Positions 26,447 through 35,702 of a DNA stretch of 52,426 nt are shown piece by piece (position 1 is the stretch's first letter; each line of letters opens with the position of its first letter). The DNA lies in assembly GCA_009694415.1 (NCBI GenBank), contig SHUZ01000001.1, positions 1-52,426 on the forward strand, in the 5' to 3' direction. Source of the stretch: Acidimicrobiia bacterium (GTDB lineage Bacteria; Actinomycetota; Acidimicrobiia; IMCC26256; JAENVU01). The notes below the pieces were generated by a model. That model was not told where the DNA came from. It worked only from the letters and a program-made list of their open reading frames with translations, and ran no database searches. The translations under genes were made by a program, and so were the position numbers.

Positions 26447-27115
26447 TCAGTCCCCCTCCGCTTGTTGCGGTTGAATTGCCAGAAGCACGCCATCGGTAAC
26501 GGTGATGGTGGCGGTAGCGGAGATGAGTTCGTTGCTTACGCCGCGCGTTGATCCGGGGACTAGCTCGGCGTCCGTCAGCGCCCAGCGCAGGCCCGTGGTT
26601 GTTATGCCCGTCGCGCGCCCGTGCAGCGGCAACAGCGTTACGAGCGATCCCTCTGGACCAGGCAGTTCGGCGTACTCGCGAATGACGGTTACGCGCGTAG
26701 ACCCAACGAATGCAACAAGATTGAGACCGGCCCACTCTGGCGCTCCCAAGAGAAGCGCATTCGCCAGGAAGTGGTCGAGGCGCCCGCCTCCGATTCCAAC
26801 CAACGTCACATGAATTGCACCAAGCCGTACGGCCGTCGCGAGCGCGAGTTCTAAGTCGGTAGCGTCTTTAGCCACCGCGAAGCGCTCGACTCGAGTACCA
26901 CCTCGTTGCGCATTGTCCAAGACTGCCGGATCAACCGAGTCCATGTCACCGACCACAACCTCTGCCACCAGTCCGAGCGCGACAACATGTTCAAGGCCAG
27001 AATCGGCTGCGATCACGCGACGCCCGTCTGAAACGGCATCGTGCCATCGCGGGTGCACGGCATCGCCGCCAGCGAAGACAACGAAGTCAGTTCGCCGATC
27101 AGGGCTTGCGTCCAT
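26447..27115 (-). CDS. Thiamine pyrophosphokinase
   Basis: ATG 27115 (MDASPDRRTDFVVFAGGD). Motifs: VVGDMDSV, KDATDLELAL, and the C-terminal thiamine-binding domain motif GLRW. Confidence 0.8.
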   Translation of the reverse strand: MDASPDRRTDFVVFAGGDAVHPRWHDAVSDGRRVIAADSGLEHVVALGLVAEVVVGDMDSVDPAVLDNAQRGGTRVERFAVAKDATDLELALATAVRLGAIHVTLVGIGGGRLDHFLANALLLGAPEWAGLNLVAFVGSTRVTVIREYAELPGPEGSLVTLLPLHGRATGITTTGLRWALTDAELVPGSTRGVSNELISATATITVTDGVLLAIQPQQAEGD

Positions 27116-27159
27116 AACTCTCCTCGTGCTGGTAATGCTCAGCACAAGAGGATTCGCTT

Positions 27160-27255
27160 GAACTCCTCCCTACGCCGGCACTACCCGGATCAGGTTCTTA
27201 CGGTCGGAGGTTGCGCACCTCCCTCTCAACCCGCGCATCGGGCTCCCGCGTGGAT
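27160..27255 (-). promoter_or_regulatory. TPP (THI-box) riboswitch aptamer
   Basis: Minus-strand reading: CGCGGGAGCCCGAUGCGCGGGUUGAGAGGGAGGUGCGCAACCUCCGACCGUAAGAACCUGAUCCGGGUAGUGCCGGCGUAGGGAGGAG. The conserved UGAGA and ACCUGAUCCGGGUAGUGCCGGCGUAGGGA blocks are present. A downstream hairpin can occlude the GAGGAG SD. Confidence 0.9.
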
Positions 27256-27329
27256 CAGAGGGTACCGCAGGTGTCGATGGTGGGCGGAGGAGTCCATACC
27301 GTGCGACCCCATCGGCTAGACCACAGCGC

Positions 27330-28514
27330 GTGGACCTGCGGTTTTCAGAGGAAGATGAAGCATTCCGAGCGGAGGCCCGAGAGTGGCTGCTTGGAATGCT
27401 CTCAGGTGATTTTGCCATGGTGCGCGGTAGAGGCGGACCAGGCGATGAGCACGCATTGTTCGAGGAACGCAGGGCTTGGGAACGCGCACTCGGTGCTGCT
27501 GGTTGGACTTGCCTGTCGTGGCCCAAGGAGTACGGCGGTCGAGATGTCACCCTGCTGCAGCAGGTGATTTTCTACGAGGAATACGCGCGCGCTGGTGGGC
27601 CGGGCAGAGTTGGACTCGTCGGTGAAGGACTTATCGGTCCAACGATCTTGCACTTTGGTACCGAAGCACAGCGCCTGCGATTTCTCCCTGCCATCGCGAG
27701 CGGTGAGGAACTTTGGTGTCAGGGGTATTCCGAACCAAACGCTGGATCGGACCTTGCAGCGCTGGCGACGCGCGCCGATCTCGATGGTGATGAGTGGGTC
27801 CTCCATGGACAGAAGGTGTGGACTTCTCTTGCACATTGGTCCGATTGGTGTTTCGTGCTTGCGCGCACCGATAGAGATGCACCGCGTCATCGGGGGATCT
27901 CCTATTTGTTGGTACCGATGAAGCAAGAGGGGATTGAGATTCGGCCCATCGAACAGATCACTGGGACGTCTGAGTTCAACGAAGTGTTTTTCGAAGGAGC
28001 GCGCACGGCATCGGACCTTGTCGTCGGCGAAGTAAATGGCGGATGGAAAGTAGCGATGGGAACTTTGGCCTTCGAGCGCGGCGCGCTTACTTTGGGCCAG
28101 CAACTCGGTTTCGTCGGTGAATGGCAAGAGATCATTAACGCTGCGCGGGAGATGGGAACTCTGACGAGCGCCGTACTGCGTCAGCGTCTTGCGCAAGCGT
28201 GGATCGAATTAGAGATCATGCGATACAACGCGATGCGCGGATTGACGGCAATGGCTCGAGGTGAGGTAACTCGGGAGACGTCGATTTCCAAGCTCTACTG
28301 GGCGAGTCTCCACCAACGGTTAGGTGAGTTGGCGATGGATGTGTTGGGGCCATGGTCACAAATCGGTGATGCTTTGCCCTATGACATGACGCTCGAGCAG
28401 CGGATATTCCTCTACGGTCGCGCCGATACGATTTACGGTGGTTCGGATGAAATACAACGGAACGTGATTGGCGAGCGGGTACTGGGCCTGCCGCAAGAAC
28501 CCAAGGTGGTCTGA
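27330..28514 (+). CDS. Acyl-CoA dehydrogenase (FadE, steroid/lipid-type)
   Basis: 394-aa ORF with a GTG start. Motifs: WCQGYSEPNAGSDLA, GQKVWTS, TSEFNEVFF. Confidence 0.9.
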   Translation: MDLRFSEEDEAFRAEAREWLLGMLSGDFAMVRGRGGPGDEHALFEERRAWERALGAAGWTCLSWPKEYGGRDVTLLQQVIFYEEYARAGGPGRVGLVGEGLIGPTILHFGTEAQRLRFLPAIASGEELWCQGYSEPNAGSDLAALATRADLDGDEWVLHGQKVWTSLAHWSDWCFVLARTDRDAPRHRGISYLLVPMKQEGIEIRPIEQITGTSEFNEVFFEGARTASDLVVGEVNGGWKVAMGTLAFERGALTLGQQLGFVGEWQEIINAAREMGTLTSAVLRQRLAQAWIELEIMRYNAMRGLTAMARGEVTRETSISKLYWASLHQRLGELAMDVLGPWSQIGDALPYDMTLEQRIFLYGRADTIYGGSDEIQRNVIGERVLGLPQEPKVV

Positions 28515-29272
28515 TGGAACCAACCGATGCTCATGACCTTCTCGTCGGCAAGACCGTGCTCGTCACTGCGGCTGCTGGTACTGGGATCGGATACGCAGCG
28601 GCTGAGCGATGCATTGCTGAGGGGGCGCGCGTTGTAATTAGCGATGCGCACGAGCGGAGATTGGCCGAAGCGGCAGAACGTCTTGGTCCTGCTGTCGCGG
28701 CTGCGATTCCTTGTGATGTAAGGAGCGACCGACAGGTGCAGTCTCTCGTCGCCGGATCAGTCGCTGCTGCTGGGGAACTTGACATTGTCGTGAACAACGC
28801 GGGATTGGGCGGTACCGCGAACGTCGTTGACATGACTGACGAGGAGTGGGCGACTGTTCTCGACGTCACGCTCAGTGGAACGTTCCGATGCATGCGTGCG
28901 GCACTCCGTTATATGCAGCCTCGAGGGAGTGGCGTGATTGTGAACAACGCTTCAGTGCTCGGGTGGAGGGCACAGCGTGGACAAGCCCACTATGCGGCGG
29001 CGAAGGCCGGAGTGATGGCGCTCACCCGATGTGCCGCGATGGAAGCAGCGGAGTTCGGTGTGAGAATCAACGCCGTAGCCCCGTCCATTGCGATGCACCC
29101 GTTTCTTTCGAAGGTGACCACTGATGAAGTGCTAGACGAACTCATCGCCCGTGAAGCGTTCGGCAGGGCGGCAGATCCGTGGGAAGTTGCCAATGTGATC
29201 GTGTTTCTTGCGTCGGACTACTCGACGTATATGACAGGAGAGACAGTAAGCGTGAGCTCGCAGCACCCCTAA
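28514..29272 (+). CDS. SDR-family oxidoreductase (FabG-like)
   Basis: 252-aa ORF. The start overlaps the ACAD stop by 1 nt. Motifs: TAAAGTGIG, NNAG, YAAAK. Confidence 0.9.
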   Translation: MEPTDAHDLLVGKTVLVTAAAGTGIGYAAAERCIAEGARVVISDAHERRLAEAAERLGPAVAAAIPCDVRSDRQVQSLVAGSVAAAGELDIVVNNAGLGGTANVVDMTDEEWATVLDVTLSGTFRCMRAALRYMQPRGSGVIVNNASVLGWRAQRGQAHYAAAKAGVMALTRCAAMEAAEFGVRINAVAPSIAMHPFLSKVTTDEVLDELIAREAFGRAADPWEVANVIVFLASDYSTYMTGETVSVSSQHP

Positions 29273-29291
29273 CTACCATTTCCTACATCGC

Positions 29292-29350
29292 CGTTTGTCG
29301 TGTAGTGCACCGCTGCGGTGCATTCTGCGACAAACGCTCGGCGGTTTTTG
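29292..29350. terminator. Compound hairpin with T-tract between convergent genes (intrinsic terminator, possibly bidirectional)
   Basis: CGTTTGTCG tgtag TGCACCG ctg CGGTGCA ttctg CGACAAACG ctcggcgg TTTTT. It lies between the SDR stop (29272) and the amine oxidase stop (29359). Confidence 0.6.
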
Positions 29351-29358
29351 GCAGGTGG

Positions 29359-31269
29359 CTATTCGTTGGAGTGGCAGTGCGCTGCGCTTGACGGCGGTAC
29401 GTCGAGCGCGGGATTGCGGTCGAAGAATCCCATCGGCGACAGCAGAAAGCCTGTGTATTCAACTGGCATCACAGGCCAATCTTCTGGCCGAACAAAGTGC
29501 GTGATGCCGAACGTGTACCAGAGGACGACGTCGGTGTCCGCGATTGGCCGGTCCTGCTCAGTCCACAGCGGCAATCCATCGCCACCTTCGTGCTGGTTCG
29601 GGTAATCGCCCGCCGCCCGGCGTTCATCTGGCGCATATGGAGTGACCCAAAGGTTGTGGCGCGCGAAGCCGGCACGCTTGCCTACCGATGAGTCCGGTTG
29701 GGCAAGCAACGTCGGTGTGCTCATCGTTGGTATGAGCTTGTATGCAACGGGGAAACCGAGGCCGTTCATCGCGTGGGGGTTCACTACCTTCCAGCATCGA
29801 CTGGATGCCGAGTTCGTCACCCGTTTCGCTTCACCTTCACGCTCGAGCAGCGTCGTCTTCGGGCGGAACGCATTGCCCCACGGGTTCTCGGGACCCGTGG
29901 GCATGGTCTCGGCTTCAACTTCGTAAACCTCGTTGTCCGTGCCGTCCACATCGAGGTCAAGGCGCGCGCTGAACATGTGTTGATGATGTGGAGCGGCAAC
30001 GCCGGGCGCGATCACGTTCGCGAATTCGGATTGGTCTCCCGGTTCTATCGACATTGGAGAAACGATCCCAGTGAGCTTTACTTCTAATTGGATGTTGCCG
30101 TCTAGATAGAAGTACCAATAAAACCCGTACTCGTAATTGCCAACGGTTGAGATGAAACTGACTACTAAACGCCGACTGCGTCGAACCTCACTCGTGTCCC
30201 CAAACAAGTCGACGTGCTTCCAAAGGATTCCGTAATCCTCCTCGTGCATGCAGATGGCGTTGCTGAGTGTGTAGGGATCACCGGCTTCGGTCGTTAGCGC
30301 GGCATCGAAGTAGTGAATCTCGCCCAAGCAGTCGCAACCGAGCGACAGCGACTGGGCCATGCGCCCGAGTCCCCACTCGCCAGCGTCGAACGCGTTCTTG
30401 AATCCTTGCGTTTCGGCCGGGTCGCCGTACGGCACCACCATTTCGGTGATTGAAGCGCGGTGCATGATCGGTCGCACGCGACCTTTGTCGTCGTAGGTGA
30501 CCTGGTGAATTACGAGGCCTTCGTAAGGGTCGAACGTGAGGCGCAATGACCACTTCTGCCATGTGACGAGGTTGCCTTCGACTGCGAAGCTGGGACCGTC
30601 TGGTTGCGTGATTGCGATCGGTTTGAGGTCGGTGCGTAGCGGTTGATGCTCGTCAGGGGTGTATCGAGCGTGTTGTTGCGGAAGTGAAACAGCCCCATGG
30701 TCGATGACTTCGATCACCTCATTGCGTCCCATATCGAAGTGCACGATGAGTCCTTCGATCGGGCGCGCGTAACCGTTGTCAGCGGGGAACTCGCGCAGGA
30801 ATGAGATGCAGCGCGCGATGCGACGACCTTCTTCGCAGTCGTAACCGAAGGAACCGGCTGGCCACGGGTCAATCTGAATCTTGCTGGTATCGGTGATACC
30901 GCGCTTGGCAAGCGCTGCGAGGTATTCGGGATGTTTGACAGTTGTGGCGATCGCATTGAAGGCTTCGCCGAACAGCAACGCCGGCCGCATGCCCTCGATC
31001 TCGCGCCACTCGCGCACTTCTTCAGTATTGAGATCGACGACTGCTTCGATCAATGTGAGACCTTCGTTCGGCACGATCTGCGCGCGTGCCGATCGCGGTA
31101 TTGGTTCGCCGGTCGCCCAGGCAGCGAGCGTTTCTTTGTCTGGCTCGTTGAGCACTACATGAGCGAACTGGGCTTGATCACCGAGTCGACCGGTTGCGCG
31201 GAGCGAAGCGACCGCACGAGCGATCTCGTCGGTGGTCAACATCGACAATGGGTGATCTATAGAAGTCAT
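29359..31269 (-). CDS. Copper-containing primary-amine oxidase (TPQ cofactor)
   Basis: 636-aa ORF. TPQ precursor motif TVGNYEY and Cu-ligand region APHHQHMF. Confidence 0.9.
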   Translation of the reverse strand: MTSIDHPLSMLTTDEIARAVASLRATGRLGDQAQFAHVVLNEPDKETLAAWATGEPIPRSARAQIVPNEGLTLIEAVVDLNTEEVREWREIEGMRPALLFGEAFNAIATTVKHPEYLAALAKRGITDTSKIQIDPWPAGSFGYDCEEGRRIARCISFLREFPADNGYARPIEGLIVHFDMGRNEVIEVIDHGAVSLPQQHARYTPDEHQPLRTDLKPIAITQPDGPSFAVEGNLVTWQKWSLRLTFDPYEGLVIHQVTYDDKGRVRPIMHRASITEMVVPYGDPAETQGFKNAFDAGEWGLGRMAQSLSLGCDCLGEIHYFDAALTTEAGDPYTLSNAICMHEEDYGILWKHVDLFGDTSEVRRSRRLVVSFISTVGNYEYGFYWYFYLDGNIQLEVKLTGIVSPMSIEPGDQSEFANVIAPGVAAPHHQHMFSARLDLDVDGTDNEVYEVEAETMPTGPENPWGNAFRPKTTLLEREGEAKRVTNSASSRCWKVVNPHAMNGLGFPVAYKLIPTMSTPTLLAQPDSSVGKRAGFARHNLWVTPYAPDERRAAGDYPNQHEGGDGLPLWTEQDRPIADTDVVLWYTFGITHFVRPEDWPVMPVEYTGFLLSPMGFFDRNPALDVPPSSAAHCHSNE

Positions 31270-31347
31270 GGCGCATATCTTTCCCGACGCGCTACGGGGT
31301 GTGTCAATTGGCCGTGCTGATTCGACCGGCGAGCATGGTCTCGAGGC

Positions 31348-32127
31348 TTAAGGCTGAGTGTCTTCGGCGGCAGCTAGATAGGCCGGGCGTTCCCCGCCGC
31401 CGTGAACAAGGAGGTTCGCTCCGCTTATGTACGAAGCAAGCGGTGAAGCGAGGAATAGGCACGCGTTCGCCACGTCTGATGGCGTTCCCATCCGGCCGAG
31501 CGGAACAGTCGCGGCCACCGCTGCCATTCCAGCCGCGTCGCCGTAGTGCAGGTGGCTCTGTTCGGTGTGTATCAGTCCAGCCGTTATCGCATTGACGCGA
31601 ACTTTCGGTGCCCATTCGACTGCAAGGGTTTGGGTCAGGTTGAGCAGCCCGGCCTTCGCCGCGCCGTAAGCCGCAGTTCCTGGCGAAGGGCGAGTGCCGC
31701 TAACGCTGGCGATGTTGAGGATGACGCCGCCGGTTTCTTGTGTTTGCATCACGGCGTTCGCGCGCTGCGAGCACAACAGGGGCGCGAGGAGGTTCAGTTC
31801 AACGATCGCCTGAGAGAAACGCGGCGATGCTGTGGACGTGTCAGCAGATGGCGAGCCTCCTGCATTGTTGACTAGCAGATCTATGTGACCGTGTTGTCCA
31901 ACGACTGTGTCGAACAATGCCGCTACGGCATCAGCGTTGCGTACATCTACTTCACCGAATCCGCACACCCGGCCGTCGACTTCGGGCAGAGATTCGGGTT
32001 CGGTTCGCCCGCATACGGTCACCTCGGCGCCAGCCGTGAGGAGTGCTGTTGCGATACCGCGCCCTATTCCCCGTGACCCGCCGGTAACAAGAGCTACATA
32101 GCCTGAGAAGTCGAGGGAATCGGTCAT
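31348..32127 (-). CDS. SDR-family oxidoreductase, divergent from the echA20-ipdAB-like operon
   Basis: The ORF-track form is 374 aa, but its N-terminal part is Ser/Thr/Pro-rich junk. ATG 32127 (MTDSLDFSGYVALVTGGSRGIG; alternative ATG 32145). YGAAK catalytic motif. Confidence 0.85.
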   Translation of the reverse strand: MTDSLDFSGYVALVTGGSRGIGRGIATALLTAGAEVTVCGRTEPESLPEVDGRVCGFGEVDVRNADAVAALFDTVVGQHGHIDLLVNNAGGSPSADTSTASPRFSQAIVELNLLAPLLCSQRANAVMQTQETGGVILNIASVSGTRPSPGTAAYGAAKAGLLNLTQTLAVEWAPKVRVNAITAGLIHTEQSHLHYGDAAGMAAVAATVPLGRMGTPSDVANACLFLASPLASYISGANLLVHGGGERPAYLAAAEDTQP

Positions 32128-32179
32128 GTGGGTTACGTTACCCATCCGATCTGAAGCGCAGTGAGGAACCGGAGCATTC

Positions 32180-32941
32180 ATGGGAATCAGCCAAACAATC
32201 GATGACCTTGGCGTCGCTGAGGTCGTAATGGACAATCCACCAGTCAATGCTCTCAATGTTGCTGGCTGGTTGGAGTTGGCGGACACGATCCGCTCACTCG
32301 GCGACGATGGTTCCGTGCGCGTAATCGTGCTCAGGGCCGAGGGGCGCGGCTTCAACGCTGGCGTAGATATCAAGGAGATGCAAGCGACCGAAGGCTTCAA
32401 GGCACTCGTTGGTGCCAACCGAGGGTGCTTCGCGGCGTTCGCCGCGGTATACGAGTGCGCCGTTCCGGTCATTGTCGCGGTAAATGGTTATTGCTTGGGG
32501 GGCGGGATCGGACTGGTAGGGAACGCAGATGTGATCGTTGCTTCCGACGATGCGACGTTCGGACTTCCTGAGGTCGACAGAGGTGCACTTGGTGCCGCCA
32601 CGCACTTGGCTCGCCTCGTACCGCAACACAAGATGCGCGCAATGGTCTACACGGGAGCGACAGCGACCGCGGCGGAACTACACCACTTCGGATCCGTTGC
32701 GCGCGTTGTTTCGCGCGACGAACTACGAGGCGCGGCGATGGAGATTGCACGAGAGATTGCTTCGAAGAGTCCTGCCGTGATCCGCGCCGCCAAGCAGAGT
32801 CTCAACGGGATTGATCCGATTGATGTCAATCGCTCTTACCGATTTGAGCAAGGGTTCACGTTTGAACTCAACTTGTTGGGAGTCGCCGATGAACACCGCG
32901 AGGCGTTCGTCAACAAGCGCGAAACGGATACCAGCAAGTGA
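32180..32941 (+). CDS. Enoyl-CoA hydratase (EchA20-like by position)
   Basis: 253-aa crotonase (GFNAGVDIKE, CLGGGIGL). GTGA overlap with the next gene. Confidence 0.85.
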   Translation: MGISQTIDDLGVAEVVMDNPPVNALNVAGWLELADTIRSLGDDGSVRVIVLRAEGRGFNAGVDIKEMQATEGFKALVGANRGCFAAFAAVYECAVPVIVAVNGYCLGGGIGLVGNADVIVASDDATFGLPEVDRGALGAATHLARLVPQHKMRAMVYTGATATAAELHHFGSVARVVSRDELRGAAMEIAREIASKSPAVIRAAKQSLNGIDPIDVNRSYRFEQGFTFELNLLGVADEHREAFVNKRETDTSK

Positions 32942-33804
32942 CCGACAAGCGTATCTCTGAAGATGATGTGGTCTCGGAGATACGCGACGGGATGACCATC
33001 GGGATAGGCGGTTGGGGTTCACGCCGCAAACCGATGAGCTTGGTGCGAGCGATCGCGCGGTCGGATGTGCGGGATCTCACGGTCGTTTCTTACGGAGGTC
33101 CCGACGTTGGGTTGTTGTGCGCGGTCGGCAAAGTGCGCAAGGTCGTGTACGCGTTCTGTTCGCTCGATTCGATTGCTCTCGAACCACATTTTCGTAATGC
33201 GCGTCAGGCTGGAACCGTTACGACCCTTGAACTGGATGAAGGGATGTTCCTGTTGGGTCTGCAGGCAGCTGCTTGGCGCGTGCCGTTCCTGCCCACCCGA
33301 GTGGGTCTCGGTTCAGATTTGATGCGCCAGGCCGAGATTCGAACTGTTGTCTCACCGTATGACGATGGCGAGGAATTGGTCGCCGCACCCGCATTGACAC
33401 TCGATGTGGCTTTGGTTCACATGCATCGTGGTGACGCAGGCGGGAACGGGCAATATCTAAATGTTGATCCGTATTTCGATGACTTGTTTTGTATGGCGGC
33501 GGCGCGACGATTCATGAGCGTCGAGCGCATCGTCGAAACCGATGAATTGGCGTCAGGGGGACCGATCCAGTCATTGCGAATCAACCGCCTGATGACCGAT
33601 GGTGTGATTGAGGCGCGGTACGGCGCACACTTTTCTGAATGTGTTCCCGATTACGGGCGCGACGAGGCGTTTCAGCGCGAGTATGCGCTTAGCGCGACGT
33701 CACCAGAAGCTTTGGAAGGGTGGAAGGCCAAGTATTTGGACTGCGGTGGGCATGAGCAGTATCGCAAGGTCGCTGGCTTGAACGCGGAGTTGGCCAATGG
33801 GTAG
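32938..33804 (+). CDS. ipdA: CoA-transferase family subunit A, IpdA-like (steroid ring-D hydrolase alpha subunit)
   Basis: 288 aa. GMTIGIGGWGSRRKPMSLVRAIARSDVRDLTVVSYGGPDVGLLC, DPYFDDLFCMAA, GAHF..PDYGRDEAFQREY closely follow the mycobacterial IpdA pattern as I remember it. The echA-A-B-reductase order also matches. Confidence 0.75.
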   Translation: MTDKRISEDDVVSEIRDGMTIGIGGWGSRRKPMSLVRAIARSDVRDLTVVSYGGPDVGLLCAVGKVRKVVYAFCSLDSIALEPHFRNARQAGTVTTLELDEGMFLLGLQAAAWRVPFLPTRVGLGSDLMRQAEIRTVVSPYDDGEELVAAPALTLDVALVHMHRGDAGGNGQYLNVDPYFDDLFCMAAARRFMSVERIVETDELASGGPIQSLRINRLMTDGVIEARYGAHFSECVPDYGRDEAFQREYALSATSPEALEGWKAKYLDCGGHEQYRKVAGLNAELANG

Positions 33805-34561
33805 CTACGCGACGCGAGCTGAGCATTGTTGCATCGCTGTAGCGGAGTGCTTTCGCGGCGATGGAGAAATACTCGCTAATCCGATCGGCACGATTCCGAT
33901 GATTGGCGGTCGACTTGCACGGGCGAGTTTTGAACCTGATCTGGTGATGACGGACGGGGAAGCATTGTTGATTGCCGGAGCGCGTCCCGTTGGAGTCGAT
34001 GACGCACCCAAGATTGTCGAAGCGTGGAATCCGTATCGATCGATGTTTGATCTTGTGTGGTCGGGCCGCCGCCACGTGATGATGGGTGCGAGTCAGATCG
34101 ATGTGCACGGGAACCAGAACTTCGCGTTCGTTGGTGATTGGGAACGGCCCAAGGCGCAACTGCTGGGGTTTCGTGGTGCACCTGGCAACACGATTCAGAA
34201 CACGACTAGTTATTGGATACCCAATCATTCTGCACGTGTGTTCGTACCGCAGGTCGATGTTGTGAGCGGTGTTGGGTATGACCGTGCCGCGCAACTAGGA
34301 GCGGCTGGTCGCTTCCACGGGATTCGGCGCGTCGTGACAAACCTCGCGGTCCTCGATTTTGAAACGGACGATCGCCGGATGCGATTGCGAGAGGTACACC
34401 CGGGAGTGAGCGTCGAAGAGGTTGTGGCCGCTACTGGATTCGAGTTGGCGATAGCAGATGAGGTGGCCGAGAGCCGCGCGCCGAGCGGAGAAGAGTTGAG
34501 ACTGATCAGAGAGGTGATCGATCCGACGGGATCGCGCGAGCAAGAGGTCCCCCACACGTGA
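33797..34561 (+). CDS. ipdB: CoA-transferase family subunit B, IpdB-like
   Basis: 254 aa. Overlaps ipdA by 8 nt. The N-terminus is RAEHCCIAVAECFRGDGEILANPIG. Confidence 0.75.
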   Translation: MGSYATRAEHCCIAVAECFRGDGEILANPIGTIPMIGGRLARASFEPDLVMTDGEALLIAGARPVGVDDAPKIVEAWNPYRSMFDLVWSGRRHVMMGASQIDVHGNQNFAFVGDWERPKAQLLGFRGAPGNTIQNTTSYWIPNHSARVFVPQVDVVSGVGYDRAAQLGAAGRFHGIRRVVTNLAVLDFETDDRRMRLREVHPGVSVEEVVAATGFELAIADEVAESRAPSGEELRLIREVIDPTGSREQEVPHT

Positions 34562-34630
34562 CCCCAAGCATTCTCGGCACGTTTCGGGCCCTTATAGGGC
34601 CCCGAACGTGCCGAGATCGCCCTGGAGGGG
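34562..34630. repeat. Palindromic intergenic element, copy B (reverse orientation, left arm degenerate)
   Basis: ccccaagcaTTCTCGGCACGTTTCGGGCCCTTATAGGGCCCCGAACGTGCCGAGATCGCCCTggagggg. It starts immediately after the ipdB stop. Confidence 0.9.
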
Positions 34631-34634
34631 CTTG

Positions 34635-35702
34635 ATGCGCGCTGCTTTGCGGACTTCGGCGTGCGACCTCTTCGGTGTCGACTATCCCATTGTCCAAACC
34701 GGTATGGGCTGGGTGGCTGGCGCTCGCCTTACGTCCGCGACAAGCGCCGCAGGTGGCCTCGGAATACTTGCCAGCGCGACCATGACGCTCGCTGAACTGT
34801 CAGCGGCGATTGCTGAAGTGAAGAACCGGACCGACCGACCGTTCGGCGTGAATTTGCGATCCGATCAGGGCGACGTGAACGATCGCATTGCTCTGCTCAT
34901 CCGCGAGCGCGTGCGCGTAGCGAGTTTTGCTCAGGCTCCCGGTGAGCGATTAGTTAAGACGCTCAAGGACGCGGGTGTTGTTGTAATGCCAACCGTCGGT
35001 GCGCGTCGCCATGCGGAAAAGGTCGCGGAGTGGGGCGTCGATGCGGTAATCGCGCAGGGAGCGGAGGGCGGCGGTCACACAGGAACCGTGCCGACCAGTT
35101 TGCTACTTCCTGCAGTTTGTGACGCCGTTGATATCCCCGTTCTTGGCGCGGGCGGATTCTGCGACGGCCGCGGCCTTGTGGCTGCGCGCGCATGGGGCGC
35201 CGCGGGCGTTGCGATGGGAACACGCTTCTTGCTGTCGGCAGAGAGCACGGTGCCAGATGCCGTGAAACAGAAGTATCTCGAAGCCTCGGTCACCGACACG
35301 GTCGTAACCAAAGCCATCGACGGTCACCCGCAACGGGTCATCCGAACGGCCATGGTGGACCACTTGGAGGGCGTCGGTCGATTCAGCGCGCTCGGGCGAT
35401 CGCTTGCCAATGCTCTCCGCTTCCGCAAACTGACAGGCCGTTCAATCGCCGATCTCGCGCGTGAAGGCAGGGCGATGAAGGCAGCCGAAGGGCTTACATG
35501 GGCGCAGGTCGCAATGGCCGCCAACGCTCCGATGCTCACGAAGGCGGCGCTTGTCGACGGGCGACTCGATGCTGGAGTGCTGCCGACGGGACAGGTTGTG
35601 GGAGAGATTTCAAGTCTGCCGACCGCGGCTGAGATAATCCGAGGGATTATGGATGAGGCCGAACGTACGTTGGACCTACTGGGCGACGGGGAGAGCAAGT
35701 GA
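34635..35702 (+). CDS. Nitronate monooxygenase / NPD-family flavin oxidoreductase (IpdC-like by position)
   Basis: The ORF-track start GTG 34608 lies inside repeat copy B. ATG 34635 (MRAALRTSACDLFGVDYPIVQTGMGWV) is the more likely start. FMN-binding NPD fold. Confidence 0.8.
   Translation: MRAALRTSACDLFGVDYPIVQTGMGWVAGARLTSATSAAGGLGILASATMTLAELSAAIAEVKNRTDRPFGVNLRSDQGDVNDRIALLIRERVRVASFAQAPGERLVKTLKDAGVVVMPTVGARRHAEKVAEWGVDAVIAQGAEGGGHTGTVPTSLLLPAVCDAVDIPVLGAGGFCDGRGLVAARAWGAAGVAMGTRFLLSAESTVPDAVKQKYLEASVTDTVVTKAIDGHPQRVIRTAMVDHLEGVGRFSALGRSLANALRFRKLTGRSIADLAREGRAMKAAEGLTWAQVAMAANAPMLTKAALVDGRLDAGVLPTGQVVGEISSLPTAAEIIRGIMDEAERTLDLLGDGESK

Noticed and set aside
32130-32145. GGGTTACGTTACCC in the SDR/echA20 divergent region as a possible KstR2-type operator.
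   Set aside because: It is not a true palindrome: it is a GTTAC direct repeat, with mismatches at two symmetric positions. It does not match the AnCAAGnnCTTGnT motif I recall for KstR2.
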